A stretch of DNA of 64,000 bases from Ginglymostoma cirratum (Eukaryota): NCBI GenBank assembly GCA_024137785.1, contig JAHRHZ010000043.1, forward strand, positions 32,968,334 through 33,032,333. The letters are read 5' to 3'. Shown here one piece after another: positions 13,889 to 26,382 of the stretch. The notes beneath the pieces were generated by a model. The model was not told the DNA's origin, did no database searches, and saw nothing but the letters and a program-made list of their open reading frames with translations. The position numbers and the translations under genes are program-made. Positions within the stretch are counted from its first letter, which is position 1. Each line of letters opens with the position of its first letter.

Positions 13889-14496
13889 GTGAGTAAAGTG
13901 CCTGATTCTCTGTGCTCGCTTGGGTTCTTGTGTTCTTGTGGAGTATCATCTCCTTGATGTTCAGAAATGCTACAAATAGTTCTTTTCTGAATTTGTGTAG
14001 CTTGATTGCAATGATTTGTTGTAATTTATACTTTTTGTTAATAGTGTTTAATCGCGATACTCCCAAACTTTAGAATCTCTGGCCAAGTAGTTCACTCGCC
14101 TTTCGCCAGTCAGTGTCACTCTATAATCCATTCACACAAGTGCCACTAATGGTGAATCCCCTAAGTATGCAATCCTGGTACCATACCTTTAAGTGGTACT
14201 GTGCCCAGCTACCTGATAAGATGAGTCTCTGGGAACAAGGGTTTAACCGCAGATTGCCAATCAGAGCTAGCACCTGAAATATGAAATGATTTCAGCAGAA
14301 TCTGTTCCTGTAATAGGGTAAGTCCTGCCTTGATTTCTGAGCTGGCATCTGTGCAAAAAGATTCTGCTGTGAGTTTTTGGTTTGCATGTCTTATAGCTCT
14401 TAGTTTGGATGTTTTTAATTTGTGCACGGATCTGTTTGAAACCTTTGAAGTTCACCCATTAGATACTCACTCACAATAATGTATTTCCGTCACTAG

Positions 14497-14614
14497 GAGA
14501 TGATCATCTCTGGACTGCAGCCGGAAACAATGTATTCCATCACCGTGGCAGCCTACACAACAAAGGGTGATGGCGTGCGCAGCAAGTCGAAGCTTGTGGT
14601 CACCAAAGGTTCAG
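14497..14614 (+). CDS. ptprs: PTPRS exon, second half of FN5, 118 nt
   Basis: tag|GAGATG...TCAG|gtcagt. Encodes [39 protein letters not shown]. Not in the ORF track. Confidence 0.94.
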
Positions 14615-15507
14615 GTCAGTCACCAGCTTTGACCTTGTGCAGTTGAAGCAGTAGAGGAGAGCGCTGTTTAGTTCCTCCTCCATTTAATCTAGTCTTTTCC
14701 AGCTCTTTTCCCTTCGACTTTCCTTGCTCAATACAAATGAGCCGTGAACCTCATCTGCTAGCGTCAGCAGGATATATTCTTCTACGAATGAAGGAGACTT
14801 TGACCTCACCAGCTACCTGTCTGAGAGTGGTCATGATGCAATATTCAAAAGCAGAAACTGATTTTACTCTCCTTACCTCGGAGGCTTTGATGTCAATTAT
14901 ATTTTGCTAACAACATCCCAAGCGACAGCCGCATTTGAGCTTGGTTTCATTCTCTGCATGGTTCAGCCACTCATTGCCTTGAGCAATGAATGTGTCACAC
15001 TCAGGAACTTACATTGCAAATCTTTTAGCAAACAGACATCTCTCCACTTGTTTCGACTTTTGTTCCCGAGCAGCATTGTCAAATGCCTGAGACAAAAGTA
15101 GAAATCAACGTGTGGAGCACAAGAGCAGGTAGATGGATATTAGTGAAGGTCTCAAATTAGAGCAGCGGGGCAGAGCAATATTGTTGAGGCGTTGATTCCA
15201 GGAGAGACAGAATGGACAGATTCACAAAGGTCTTTTGCGTCCAAGAGATAGATGGGTGAGTATCTGAAGTTTAACCTACTTTGGATTGATTTTTGTACTT
15301 GTTTACAGGACTGTTGGTATGAAGGAAGTGTTTTATTGCAGTCTCATGGCAAGGAATGATTTCCATGTTACTGTTTCTCAAGTGGGACGATAGTCTTGTT
15401 ATTTTTTAAGTAGGAGTGTGTTCTCTCATTAATATTTCTTGAAGATATGTGTTGTCAAGTGAGGAGGTGGGATTTTGTGACTGCTCTGTTTCTAGATTCA
15501 GGTGAGG

Positions 15508-15990
15508 AATCATAAGAGTCATTGAGATGTACAGCACAGAAACAGACCCTTTGGTCCAACTCATCCATGCCAACCAGATATCCTAAATTAATCTAGTCAA
15601 ATTTGTCGCCATTTGGCCCATATCCCTCTAAACCCTTCCTATTCGTATACTCATCCAGATGCCTTTTAAATGTTGTGATTGTACCGTTCTCCACGACTTC
15701 CTCTAGCAGCTCATTCCATTGCCTCTTAGATCCCTTTTATATCTTTCCCCCTCACCTTAAACCAATGCTGTCTGGTTTTGGACTCCCCTACTCTGGAAAA
15801 AGACCTTGGCTATTCACTGTATCCATGCCCCTCATGATTTTATAAACTGCTATGAGGTCACCTTAGCATCCAACAGTCCAGGGAAAATAACCCCAGTCTC
15901 TTCAGCCACTACCAATAGCTCAAACTCTCCAGCCCCAGCAACATCCTTGTAAATCTTTTCTACACCCTTTCAAATTTAACAACATTTTTC
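15508..15990 (-). mobile_element. CR1/HER1 LINE 3' fragment
   Basis: Reverse-strand CR1-like 3' region ending in a TATGATT-type tail. Boundaries approximate. Confidence 0.7.
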
Positions 15991-16061
15991 TTATTCCTAT
16001 GGTCCTATTCCTGGCAAACCTTCTGATTAATATCGGGAGAAGTACTGAGGCATTGATTCAC

Positions 16062-16092
16062 TGTGTGTGTGTGTGTGTGTGTGTGAGTGTGT
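16062..16092. repeat. (TG)n microsatellite
   Basis: Seen directly in the sequence. Confidence 0.85.
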
Positions 16093-17529
16093 ATAGTGTA
16101 TAGTGTTTGTTGAGAAGGGAGGCTTACAATTCGCTTGTTCCCAATGGAGTTAGCGCAGGACTGGCAGCTGGGCTGCTGTTGCATATGTGCAGGAGACAAG
16201 CAAGCAATGAATCCTCATGTTTTATAGAGCTGTAAAAGAGTAATGTTTGCAAAGCAGCCTGCAAATATTCCACAGAGACCATCTGTCCTGTTTCCTGGAG
16301 AGCAGAATTCTCCCCTTGGTGCAGTGGTGGAAAGCAGGCGCAATGTTCTTTGAACATGAACTTTGTTACATGTTAATTAAAGGAACAATACCCTAGGAAT
16401 TAGTGCCGATGAGAATAACGGATACCTACTGCAGTTATAGGATGTTCATCTAACAGTTATTTTAATGGAAGTTTAGATTAATGTCTGCATTAACCTAGCA
16501 GACAGAGGAAAGTCATATCAGTTAAGCACACATCAGTTAGTGCTGTCACCAGAAATTTCTTGCTGACGGTGTTTATCCCACCTGCTGTGAGAACTGTGTT
16601 GGATACTAACTGGTCTGGAGCCAAGTAACTAGATCACTTCAAGCCATCAGCTCTCCAGTAAGTGTGAGAATTTTTTTTTCCTGAGAATTTGCTCATGTTT
16701 TGTTCATCCAGAAGCAACTTATCTTCCCTTACCATCACCTCAAGATGTGAGCAGTGTGCAGTGTGTGATAGTGGGATCCCAAGTAGGCAGGTGCATTAAA
16801 CATGTGAAGTTGTCAGTATTTCTGTACACTGCAGTCTGATTTAATTTTTTTTAAAAAATACACATTTTCTGCAGAGTTTGACACATTCACACGTGGATTT
16901 CACTCCTCTGAGAAGGTCACTAAATAATCATGTCAGGGAAGCACAAAGTAGCAAGTGAGATTGAGCAGGTCCAATAAGAAAGTGTCGGCGCAAAGTTTGG
17001 AAATCTTCTACCAAAATATTGACTGGGCAACTGTTATTGCCATTATAGCATACAGTCTGCTTTAAAACGGGCTTATACACGCCAATCTATTTTGGATTGT
17101 GGGCCGTACCACCAGAGGGACCAATGTGTGACATTAATGCGACAGTTCTCTTTCTCCACGACCATTGCATTTCCAGCATCAAATTGGATAGAATTTAAGA
17201 GTTATTCAGCCCATCAGCTCCATGCTGGAATTTATACTGCATTTGAGCCTTCCTGCCCAGATCCACCCTATTCCAGCTGCTCCACGAGAAAAGTTGATGA
17301 GATTGGGAAGAACGAGAAAGAAGATGGACCCTCAGTACCTTACCCAAGGATCATGTGGAATACTGTTGGGAGTTGCTTGGAAAACTGAGAGCAGACCAAA
17401 AAAAGGAAAACCAAGTGGTTGGATGTAATGGAATGGGCAGGTGGAATATTGGGGAATGGGCATGGTTTCATGACCACCAAGAAAAGGTAACTCGAGTGAA
17501 AATGAGGCTGTGGTGTTTCTGTGTGAACA

Positions 17530-17835
17530 TTTTGATTTTGATTTGATTTATTACTGTCACGTGTACCGGAGTACAGTGAAAAATTTTGTTTTACATGCAG
17601 GACAGGCAGATCATATCATACAAAGACACAAAGATCATGGGGTGAATGAGCAGCGAGAAATAAAAAGTTACGTCTACAGAGAATGTGCACATAAAGCAGA
17701 TCAGCATTAGATTTGAAATTTAAGAGGTCCACTCAGAAGTCTAATAACAACAAGGAAGAAGCTGTTCTCGAACCAGTTGGTACATGTGTTTAAGTTTTTG
17801 TGTCTTCCACCTGATGGGAGAAGTTGAAAGAGATT
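17530..17835 (-). mobile_element. Rex1/Babar-like LINE 3' fragment
   Basis: Reverse complement of the 20700-20945 tail (tttgatttattactgtcacgtgtaccggagtacagtgaa). Confidence 0.7.
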
Positions 17836-19379
17836 AAATTTCCTGTCAATCGTTTCATTGGAGGTACAAAGGAAGTTCCGTACCTCTCACTAAATGGCTG
17901 AGAGAGGAATTGAGAGAGTGCACTCACTAAGCGTTCTTAGGATCACAGGACCATACTCTTTTCATGTACAGAAACAGAGCTGGTAGAATATGCACTCCAG
18001 CGCCTCCTTCACACCAGCCACAATATAGTGGAACACTGGTACAGTCAAAGATAAGAATTTAAAACAACTTGGACATTGAAGTGTTGTGACACCTGGCATT
18101 AAAGCAGCATAGATTCTGATCTCTCATTACTGATGGCAGTTCCACATTTTAGCTGGCAGTTTTATGTTGTGGTTTGAGCAGGATACAAGTGGTGTGGTGC
18201 GTGGGAAATAAAGAGAGTACCATATGGAAACTGAAGGGAGAAGGCAATTTATGATGCTAAATGCTGTGAAGTTACAATGCAGGTAGGTGACTGTCAATAA
18301 AAGGCCTAATTCAAATATCATATATATTTTTGCATCTGTGAGTATTTCCTGTCGACATTTTCCATTATACATTTCAGTGACAGCATGTATAATGGAAACT
18401 GTCGATGTTTAACTCGTGCACTGTAATTATATCTCTGATCCATGCACCGTGGTAGTCGTGCATGCCACAACTGGCGAGAGTGGGTAATTAAAGCACGACA
18501 GGCTGACTTTAGAATTCTGATTATTAATACTGACAGGAATTTATAAAGAAAAGACAAAAATTAGGACAGCAAGTATGACTTTCAATTGGCCGCTAATTAA
18601 ATTCTCAAACAGTTATTCCCTACCCTTCGACCCTGTTTTTACCAGAAAAGGAATAACTTTTTTCCAAGTGTGAGTGTGTGGAAGTTCAACCGGTTTGCAC
18701 GTAAATTGCATGTATGCATATGGAAAATACTCTTCTGAAGTGCACATGTATATATATCTAGAAATCCTTACATTATTTGAACAAACAGACGAATTTACTT
18801 TAAACTAAGCTTATCACTGTACAGGGGGACCAAGAAACTGCTGAGAAAGAAACGTTCTAGTCCTAGGCCCCATTCATCTTGAGTAATTTGCTGTTTCATA
18901 ACAAATGCTCAATACTAACAGTGATTTAATCCCAATGACCCATAGTGTCAGTTTGCACAGCTGATGCTGTCACTTCGCTCAATCCTCCAATAAAACATTT
19001 GAACTTAATTGTAAGTCTTAATCTGTACTGAGGAGCATTTTATTTCCCTTTGGTAAGCACAACCTTCTGCATTTAACTTTTACACAGCTCACTTGGTGTG
19101 ACCTATTCATCCCACATTTTCCTTTCACTTCTGTGCTTCCTACAGCTGCTGCTGCTTGTAGGTGAATTGGAGGCCATGTGAGGCACCCACAGGAACCTCA
19201 CCTGGTTTTCTTTTACTCTACTTGCGTGAGAATTCAGGGTGCTATTGAACAATGGCAGGGGTTGCAATTGACCTGTCTTAAGAGTTGCTTAAAATCAATT
19301 GGCACAGAAACTATGGCTTTCTCTTCCTTCTGACCCCCTGCTGTTAATTGCACCAATGTGGCTGGCAGTGAGAATGTTG

Positions 19380-19600
19380 AGTAGTCAGTGGGCACCTTTG
19401 CTCTCCCCAGTCAATGGGCACCTTTACCCCACAAGTTGGTGGACACCTTTGCTGCCCCACCCTCCAGTCAGAGCATACCTTTCCTCCCCTCCAGTCAGTG
19501 ACCACCTTTCCCTGCCCCAAGTCAGTGCCCACGCCCTTCCCCAGCAGTCAGTTCATACCCTTGCTTCCTCTAGTCAGTGGGCACATTTACCCTCCAAGTG
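19380..19600. repeat. Degenerate ~26-bp minisatellite, about 8 units
   Basis: Recurring cagtcagtgggcacctttnccyccc. Confidence 0.7.
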
Positions 19601-20459
19601 AATCGATTTAAAGACATGACGAGAACATTAGGTAACAAAACCAAAAGGAACATAAACAACATCAAAGGACTATTTTCTTGATTATTTTCTAACCTATTAC
19701 CCTTTTCTCCTCCATCCTAATAAACTATCTGGATAAATGAAGTACTGTTGCGCACAATCATGATAAAAGTCATTGACCTTGTCATTGATTTGTTCACGGT
19801 AATGAGATTGAAATTGGCCCAAGTTAATATCTTGCCGGCATATTGTCTGCCTGGAGCTATAGCCCATGTTGCATCTGGACAGTGTTGATTTAGATGTGCC
19901 TCCTGGGCTATGCTCTTGTGGGATTGTTGCTGACTTGCACATTGTGGTTCGGAAATGGTGAACACACTCAGGTAATGACTGCAGTCAGACACTAGCTGGC
20001 TGTTGGCTTGTTGGTGCTTTGCCAGCAAATGGTTGCGACAGGAACAGATTGGAGCTGCAGCTAAGCCAAGGATCTTAATGTAACAGAGCTCTTGTGATTA
20101 TTTACTGCATGTTCCCTGAATGTCACAGACTGATTTCTTCAGTCCGTGCAGTCAAATGTCCTCCGGTGCAGTGGACTCCAGCAGTTTTCAAGTTGAAGAA
20201 TAATCAAAACCTCTGTGTTAAGAATGGAAACAGGCTGCACAGAGCAGAAAGTTGTCGAATATGGCTAGTAATTCAAAAGCTGATCTCAATTCTGGTTGGG
20301 ATACGAACACTTCATTAGACCTCAACTCCCTCTGAGTTTGTAGTGTGGAGTGGGAGGAACAACAAAATAAGTCAACACTTTCAGACTCTTTTGACTTTGC
20401 ACATAAAGATGGACAGTCATAAAATAGCGACAATTGGCAGACCAGAATTCAGTAATTAC

Positions 20460-20945
20460 AAATTTTTATAGATGCACCATAGAACGCATCCTATCTGGAT
20501 GTATCACAGCGTGGTATGACAACTTGTCTTTTCACGACTGAAAGAAACTATAGAGCGTTGTGAATACAGCCCAGTCCATCATGCAAACCAGCCTCCCATC
20601 CATTGACTTCATCTATACTCCCCATTGCATTCGGAAATCAACCAGCATCATCAAAGACCCCTGCCACTCCAGTTATACTCTCTTATGCCCTCTTCCAACA
20701 GGCAGAAGACATGAAAGTTTGTCTATACATACAAACAGATTCAAGAACAGCTTCTTCTCTGCTGTTACCAGACTTCTGACGGACCTTTTTAATGTTAATG
20801 TTTTTCTCTCTCTGCACCTGTCAGCAGCTGTAACACTGTACCCTGCACTCTTCTGTTATCTTGATGCACTTGTATAGTTTGATCTGCCTGTAAAGCACTT
20901 TTCACTGTACCTCGGTATTCGTGACAGTAATAAATCAAATCAAAA
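20460..20945 (+). mobile_element. Rex1/Babar-like LINE 3' fragment
   Basis: FYRCTIE.ILSGCITAWY...NTAQSIMQTSLPSID...LPTGRR...TNRFKNSFF, with an (AAATC)n tail. Confidence 0.75.
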
Positions 20946-23900
20946 TTAGCCTGACAGAGGGTCAAGTTTAATTGAGCACCAACTGTTCTGATGTAACTCA
21001 AGGAACCAGCAAGTGGTAAAGTCTTTGAGGCACCACAGAGACAAGGAACAGGTAAAACGCTCCAGGGCAGAAGACCAGAGCATAGTAGTTACGAGAAGAA
21101 AAGCCAGCACATCAGTCAGAGCTCGTGATAAAGTTCAGAAAAGAACTGATGTTCCAGACACTGCAGCATTTGCAACGCAAGGCCAGGTCTGGACAGAATA
21201 GCACCTTGAGAGATCAGTGTTGGTTTAAGCTGACTTTTCTGTGTGTTTAAATAAAATGACAACTGTAACAATGTTCCTTGGTACAGTTAATTGATTTCAG
21301 ACAGAAATGGGAAATTCTGTGACAGAACAGTTTGAAGATGGGAGATTGCCTTGGCGGAAGACTGGTGTCTGTCAGCTGTGTTGCTGGATTCAGTCCCAAT
21401 AGCTGACTGATCCTGGCACGATGTAACTCGCACAGGGGCATGCTGCTTTCTTAAGACTTGTTCTGCATGGTTCTGGATGATGCCCACATACAAGCTTCAA
21501 CAATATAAACAATGAATGTATTCCGTTGTTCCAAACGTCCTTCGAATGCTGTCTTCAGGCTGCAGCAGAGATCCATTGCAAAGGCTCCCTAAGCCGGCAC
21601 CTTTTGTTTTGCATCGAATATTTTAATTTACTTAATGCATTTTTCACATGGGATGAAATAAACAGAATTATGGCTATCTAGAAGGCATTACAGTGCTAGG
21701 GAACAGATGATTTTTACAGACAGTAATGGATACCTGGGAGCTGGAATCTAGTCAGGGGATTAAATTAGTTTCTTTAAAGAGTGAAAAACCCAGGACAAAT
21801 TACAAGTTACAATTCAGTTGAGGGATTTGCTTGATTTATGGATCACACAATAGATATCAGGGATTTAGTGGCAGGCTGTGATCTAATTGTGGGGTTCAGA
21901 TGGTTTAGACATAAAATAGTAGTTGTGGAGGAGGTAGTTATATGCTAGATTAAAATGAGGAACTTGAAAGTTTTATGTGTAGAAAAATGAACATGTGAGA
22001 GTGAATAATGTGCAGATATGAATCTTATTTATGGGTTGTGATGGTTACTATGTGGAATAATGGATCATACCAGAGATTGAGTTACAGTGTAAAATCTATT
22101 CAGAAGCTTCCAGTTGCCTGTTGCCTTAAACTACAAGGTAATAAACTTCACTAATACTTGCAATAACTATAGCAATGGAAAACTTACACATCACAAGCCA
22201 CTGTCAGGAATTTCTATATTTGCAGGTGAGATTCTCTTTGAAGTATTTCCTTCACCTCATTCATTCATTTCAGCCATTTACGGAATCGACTGGGCACACC
22301 TTAACTGAGTGAAGTGTAGATTCTCAAAGGGTTAAATAACAAACATATATACCAAACAGGATACAGATTAGGGACCTACTGGGCAGCACATCCAGCAGGG
22401 CTGGTATTCAGAATGTATTATTTGATTCATTCGTTGCATGAATAGAAAACTTAGGAATATCTTGTCTTTCCCGGTGTCTGTCTTTCTCTTCAGTCTCATG
22501 ATTTTTTTAAAAAACCCAGACTTGGAGTCTCCCGATCCCTACATACTTTCTTTCATTGGTACACTCCTTCTCTCCAAGGGAGTACTTAGAATTGTGAGCC
22601 ATGGGCATTCACTGTCATATACTTTGATTCAGGGAGAAGAACGCAGCCCCTGTGGAAGTGTTTCTGGTGAACAGTCCCAACTACAACTGAGCCAAGTGCA
22701 CGCTATGTTGAGTTGTCACAGCAACAGAGTGCTGGACTAAAGCTAAGTTCCAGCTCACTGTTCTCCTATGGGTTAAATTGATCAGGAAAGGTTTTAAATT
22801 ACGAAGCTGGAGAAAACTATTTGCTTCTCAGTCTAATGACTCTCACCCACTGGCAACTTAATTTTGCTTTTGCCACTTTGATAAATCTCTGTTTGGCCGG
22901 TTCATTGTGATTAAGGAAAGTGAAATGCAGGGAGCTGCGAGAACTATGGCAGGCAAATTGTGCCTAGTGCTGCATTAAATTGAATGAGAAACCCTTGCTG
23001 TTCATTTGCATAGAGAACTGCATCATTAATCAGGACAGCAGTCTGCCAGCTGTCATTAGCTCAGAACTCAATTTGCTTAACTGGAAAAAGCTATTGCAGT
23101 GAAGCCTGTGAGATCGCAGTGACAGACCTCCTCCATCCTCATGGTGATAGCTGTTAACTTGCTGCAAAGGTGGGAAACCAGTGCCAAAAGACCAACCGCC
23201 CATTATGAAACCCACCTGTTTAAAGATTGGATTGGAAACTGATGAGAGCGTAGAACAGCCTACCAATCTGCAGTTGACTAGTTTCCACCGCCAGCTATAG
23301 GCAAAAACTCTTCTTTAAAAGGAAAATTGCTTTGCTCGCCTCTCCTGAGAATGAGGTTTTGAGGGTGAGGGTTTATGGGAGTCTGATGCCAGGGGTGGCC
23401 ATTGAAGAACACTCAAATAGTTAGTGTTCAGGTCTGATCTTGACCAGCAAGTGTTGGCAGGCTTTTTGATAGGGATGGACGCCAGCATCAACTGCAAACT
23501 GTCTCAACCCAACCCTTCCCAGCACAAACCACTGGATAACAAAAGGAGCAGCATCCCAAAGTGTTTCATGATCTCCAATCCATCCTCTAAATACCAAAAT
23601 CATTACCCCTTTTCAGCAGCCTTAATGAGTTAAACCTAGTGAAAACCATTAATCCATTCATAGGATATAGGCACTCCTGACTTAGCCAGCATTTATTGTC
23701 CATCATTAATTAGAGAAGCCGGTGATGAACCTCTGCCAGCTATTAGAATGATCATTCCAGTTAATACCACTTCCCTGCTGTTTTACAACAGTCTTGGAAA
23801 CTTTTCCTATTGGACATACAGTAGTTCTGATCCTTTTTAAAAATTATTAAATCTCCTTAGGTAACCTATTCTGGCCGTAAATCCCAGAACGTGAAAGGTA

Positions 23901-24955
23901 GTCAACTTTTCCCAAGAAATTAGAAGGTATCTCCTTTGCTCTCACTCATTGACATTGACAATACCAGGTCTGACAGCTGTCACTTTGGGTTTTTTAAAAT
24001 ACATCCATGCATTTCATTGCACGCAACATGAAGATATTAGGTAAAAGCAAAAATCCACCCATTGAAACAGTTACCAGTGGTATTCACACACTCATTCCTC
24101 TTTGTGTGAAATTATCTTCCCCCTTGACCTGTTATATGTCTTCCCCTTTGTGTGCCACTTCCCCGGTCTCCCTTTTTTCTGCCTCCTCTCTTTGTGTAGG
24201 TATCTGTCTCTCACTTTCCCAGACTCTCTGATCCTTCTTTTTCCCTCCTTCCCACCTCTTCCTTGGTCTAGGACTGTGGAATTTCCCAGTGCCATTCCAA
24301 TTTGTTTTTCTCTTCTCCATGGTCTATGCACAGCTTCTTCTTGAGCAGCACTTCGGAATCAAGGATGACTTGATCTTCTCTTGATCAGTGGGTTCTGAGA
24401 TGGACAATAAGTCCAATGCACCCTCAAAGACTCTTCTACGTACAGGATGACAGAGCTTTGAAGGATCAGCAGATGAGTTTTTTGGAAGTTTGTATGCTCC
24501 TTCCAGCACCATGGCTTCAACCCTTCATGCTCCTGCAGAAGGCTGTCAATGAGTTCATTGCCTTCCACTTAAAATTTTGCCATTTTGGTTGGTCACAAGT
24601 CAAGGACTCTTCTAATTTGGTGAAGATGTTTGACCTTCTCAGATGAGGACGCTAATGCCAGACTCTTTGCGTGCGTAAATTGAGGAAAGAAACATTTTGG
24701 TGAAGCAGCGAGTTTCAAGGCCATAGAGTTTTCATGTGTCCTTTAGCCTTGATACTGTTTTACCGACATAGCAGTATACGTTCCATCTCTCATAGAACCC
24801 CAAACTAAACCATTGCCGTCAGGTCAATAGAATAGTGTTCAATAAGGGTCATGTATTTGTCCAAAATTTCATTCTTCTTTATAGAAAAGAAATGTCAATT
24901 GCTTTATTAATCTGGATACATTGCTCACGGACGTTTCACATGTTCTCTGTTTCAG

Positions 24956-25543
24956 TTCCTGATAGGCCCTTTTTGTCAGCCCGTCTGACTCAGGAGAACA
25001 CAGTCGTGGTACAGTGGGAGCCTCCCTCAGCAACATTCGGTCAGCTCCTAGGGTATCAGCTGCAGTTTGGGCGAACAGATGTCCTGCCTCTATCAACGTT
25101 GGAGTTCTCAGACCGCGAGTACCAGTATGTGGCCCACGGCATGCACAAAGGTGCCACGTATGTATTCAGGCTGGCAGCCCGGAACAGTGCTGGCATTGGG
25201 GAAGAGGCAGTCACGCAGCTGACTCTACCTGAAGACGTGCCCCGAGGTTACCCGCAAATCCTTGACTTGGTGAATGTCACCACCTCCTCAGTTCAGATTG
25301 GCTGGCTGCCCCCTGCCTTAGCAGAAAGAAATGGCATCATCACAACATACACTGTGTCCTGTAAACAAGCAGGTGCTCAGAGCAACCCCATTGAAGTATC
25401 CACCAGATCCTCCCAGACTAGCCTCACATTGAACAACCTTAAACCGGACACCAGTTATGACATTAAGGTCAGGGCACAAACCAGTAAAGGCCCTGGTCCT
25501 TACAGTCCCGCTGTTCAGTATCGGACGATGCCATTGGATCAAG
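24956..25543 (+). CDS. ptprs: PTPRS exon, FN6-FN7, 588 nt, phase 1-1
   Basis: ttcag|TTCCT...CAAG|gtaggg. Encodes VPDRPFLSAR...HKGATYVFRLAARN...LKPDTSYDIKVRAQTSKGPGPYSPAVQYRTMPLDQ. Confidence 0.95.
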
Positions 25544-26284
25544 GTAGGGGTTATCTATTGCCTTGTCATCCCGGGTGGCGGTGGGGCAGTTTTGGTTTGG
25601 TACACTCTTCTACTTGCAGTCAACCGCGTCCGGTCCCAAGGTAAAATGTGTCAGGTCTGCTGAGAACAAGCTGTTGGTAGCTTCAGAATGCTTCATTGCT
25701 CATGCAGGTAAGGTCATCGCTTGGGAACAGCAGGTCTTACCCAGTAGAGGTGATCCTCAGTGGGCTCTTCGTTCCATGCTACAAACATAAACACACAGGT
25801 AGGAACGACTGCTGTTATGTACTTCTGACTTGTGGCAAGAACCAGTTAGTCCAGATACTCGAGAAGATGAATAGGCCACTGGCCAAGGAGACTTGGTGGT
25901 CATGTGGACTTCTGATGCATCCTCAGTGCCCAGTTTACCAGATGAAGCATTGACCAGCAGAGCGGATCCAGTAGGGCAGTGTTGGTTGGGGCAGGAAACT
26001 ATTGGTGATCCCAAAATTGGAGCCTGTGGTGGGTATACAGTGGTCCTCTGTAGTTTACGTGAAGTGTCATGAAATTAGGCACCATGAAATAAGTGGAATA
26101 TTAAATTGAATATGTACAAAAAAGGACCAAATTTTGTGAGAGACTGAGAAATTCCTTTAAGTGCCCTATTTCAGTACTGATGTGTTCACAGTCCACTATG
26201 TTTATGGCCATTGTTACAGAATACCAATGTTTATTTACATTGTTGTAGGACAGTTTTCTTTTAATTTTCCTTCTTTTCCAGCAG

Positions 26285-26382
26285 TTTTCCCTAAAAATTT
26301 CCGAGTAAAGCTTGTAATGAAGACCTCAGTGCTACTCAGTTGGGAGATTCCAGAACATTACAACTCTCCAATTCCATATAAG
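26285..26382 (+). CDS. ptprs: PTPRS exon, start of FN8, 98 nt (alternative start 26282)
   Basis: ccagcag|TTTTCCCT...TATAAG|gtaagg. Encodes [33 protein letters not shown]. Confidence 0.93.

Noticed and set aside
19380-19600. CRISPR-like repeat-spacer array
   Set aside because: Units are degenerate and adjacent with no unique spacers, in a vertebrate intron with no cas genes.
24835-24955. N-terminal part of the 269-aa ORF, and similar extensions at 1599 and 5065
   Set aside because: Intronic read-through upstream of the splice acceptor, with no FN3 similarity.
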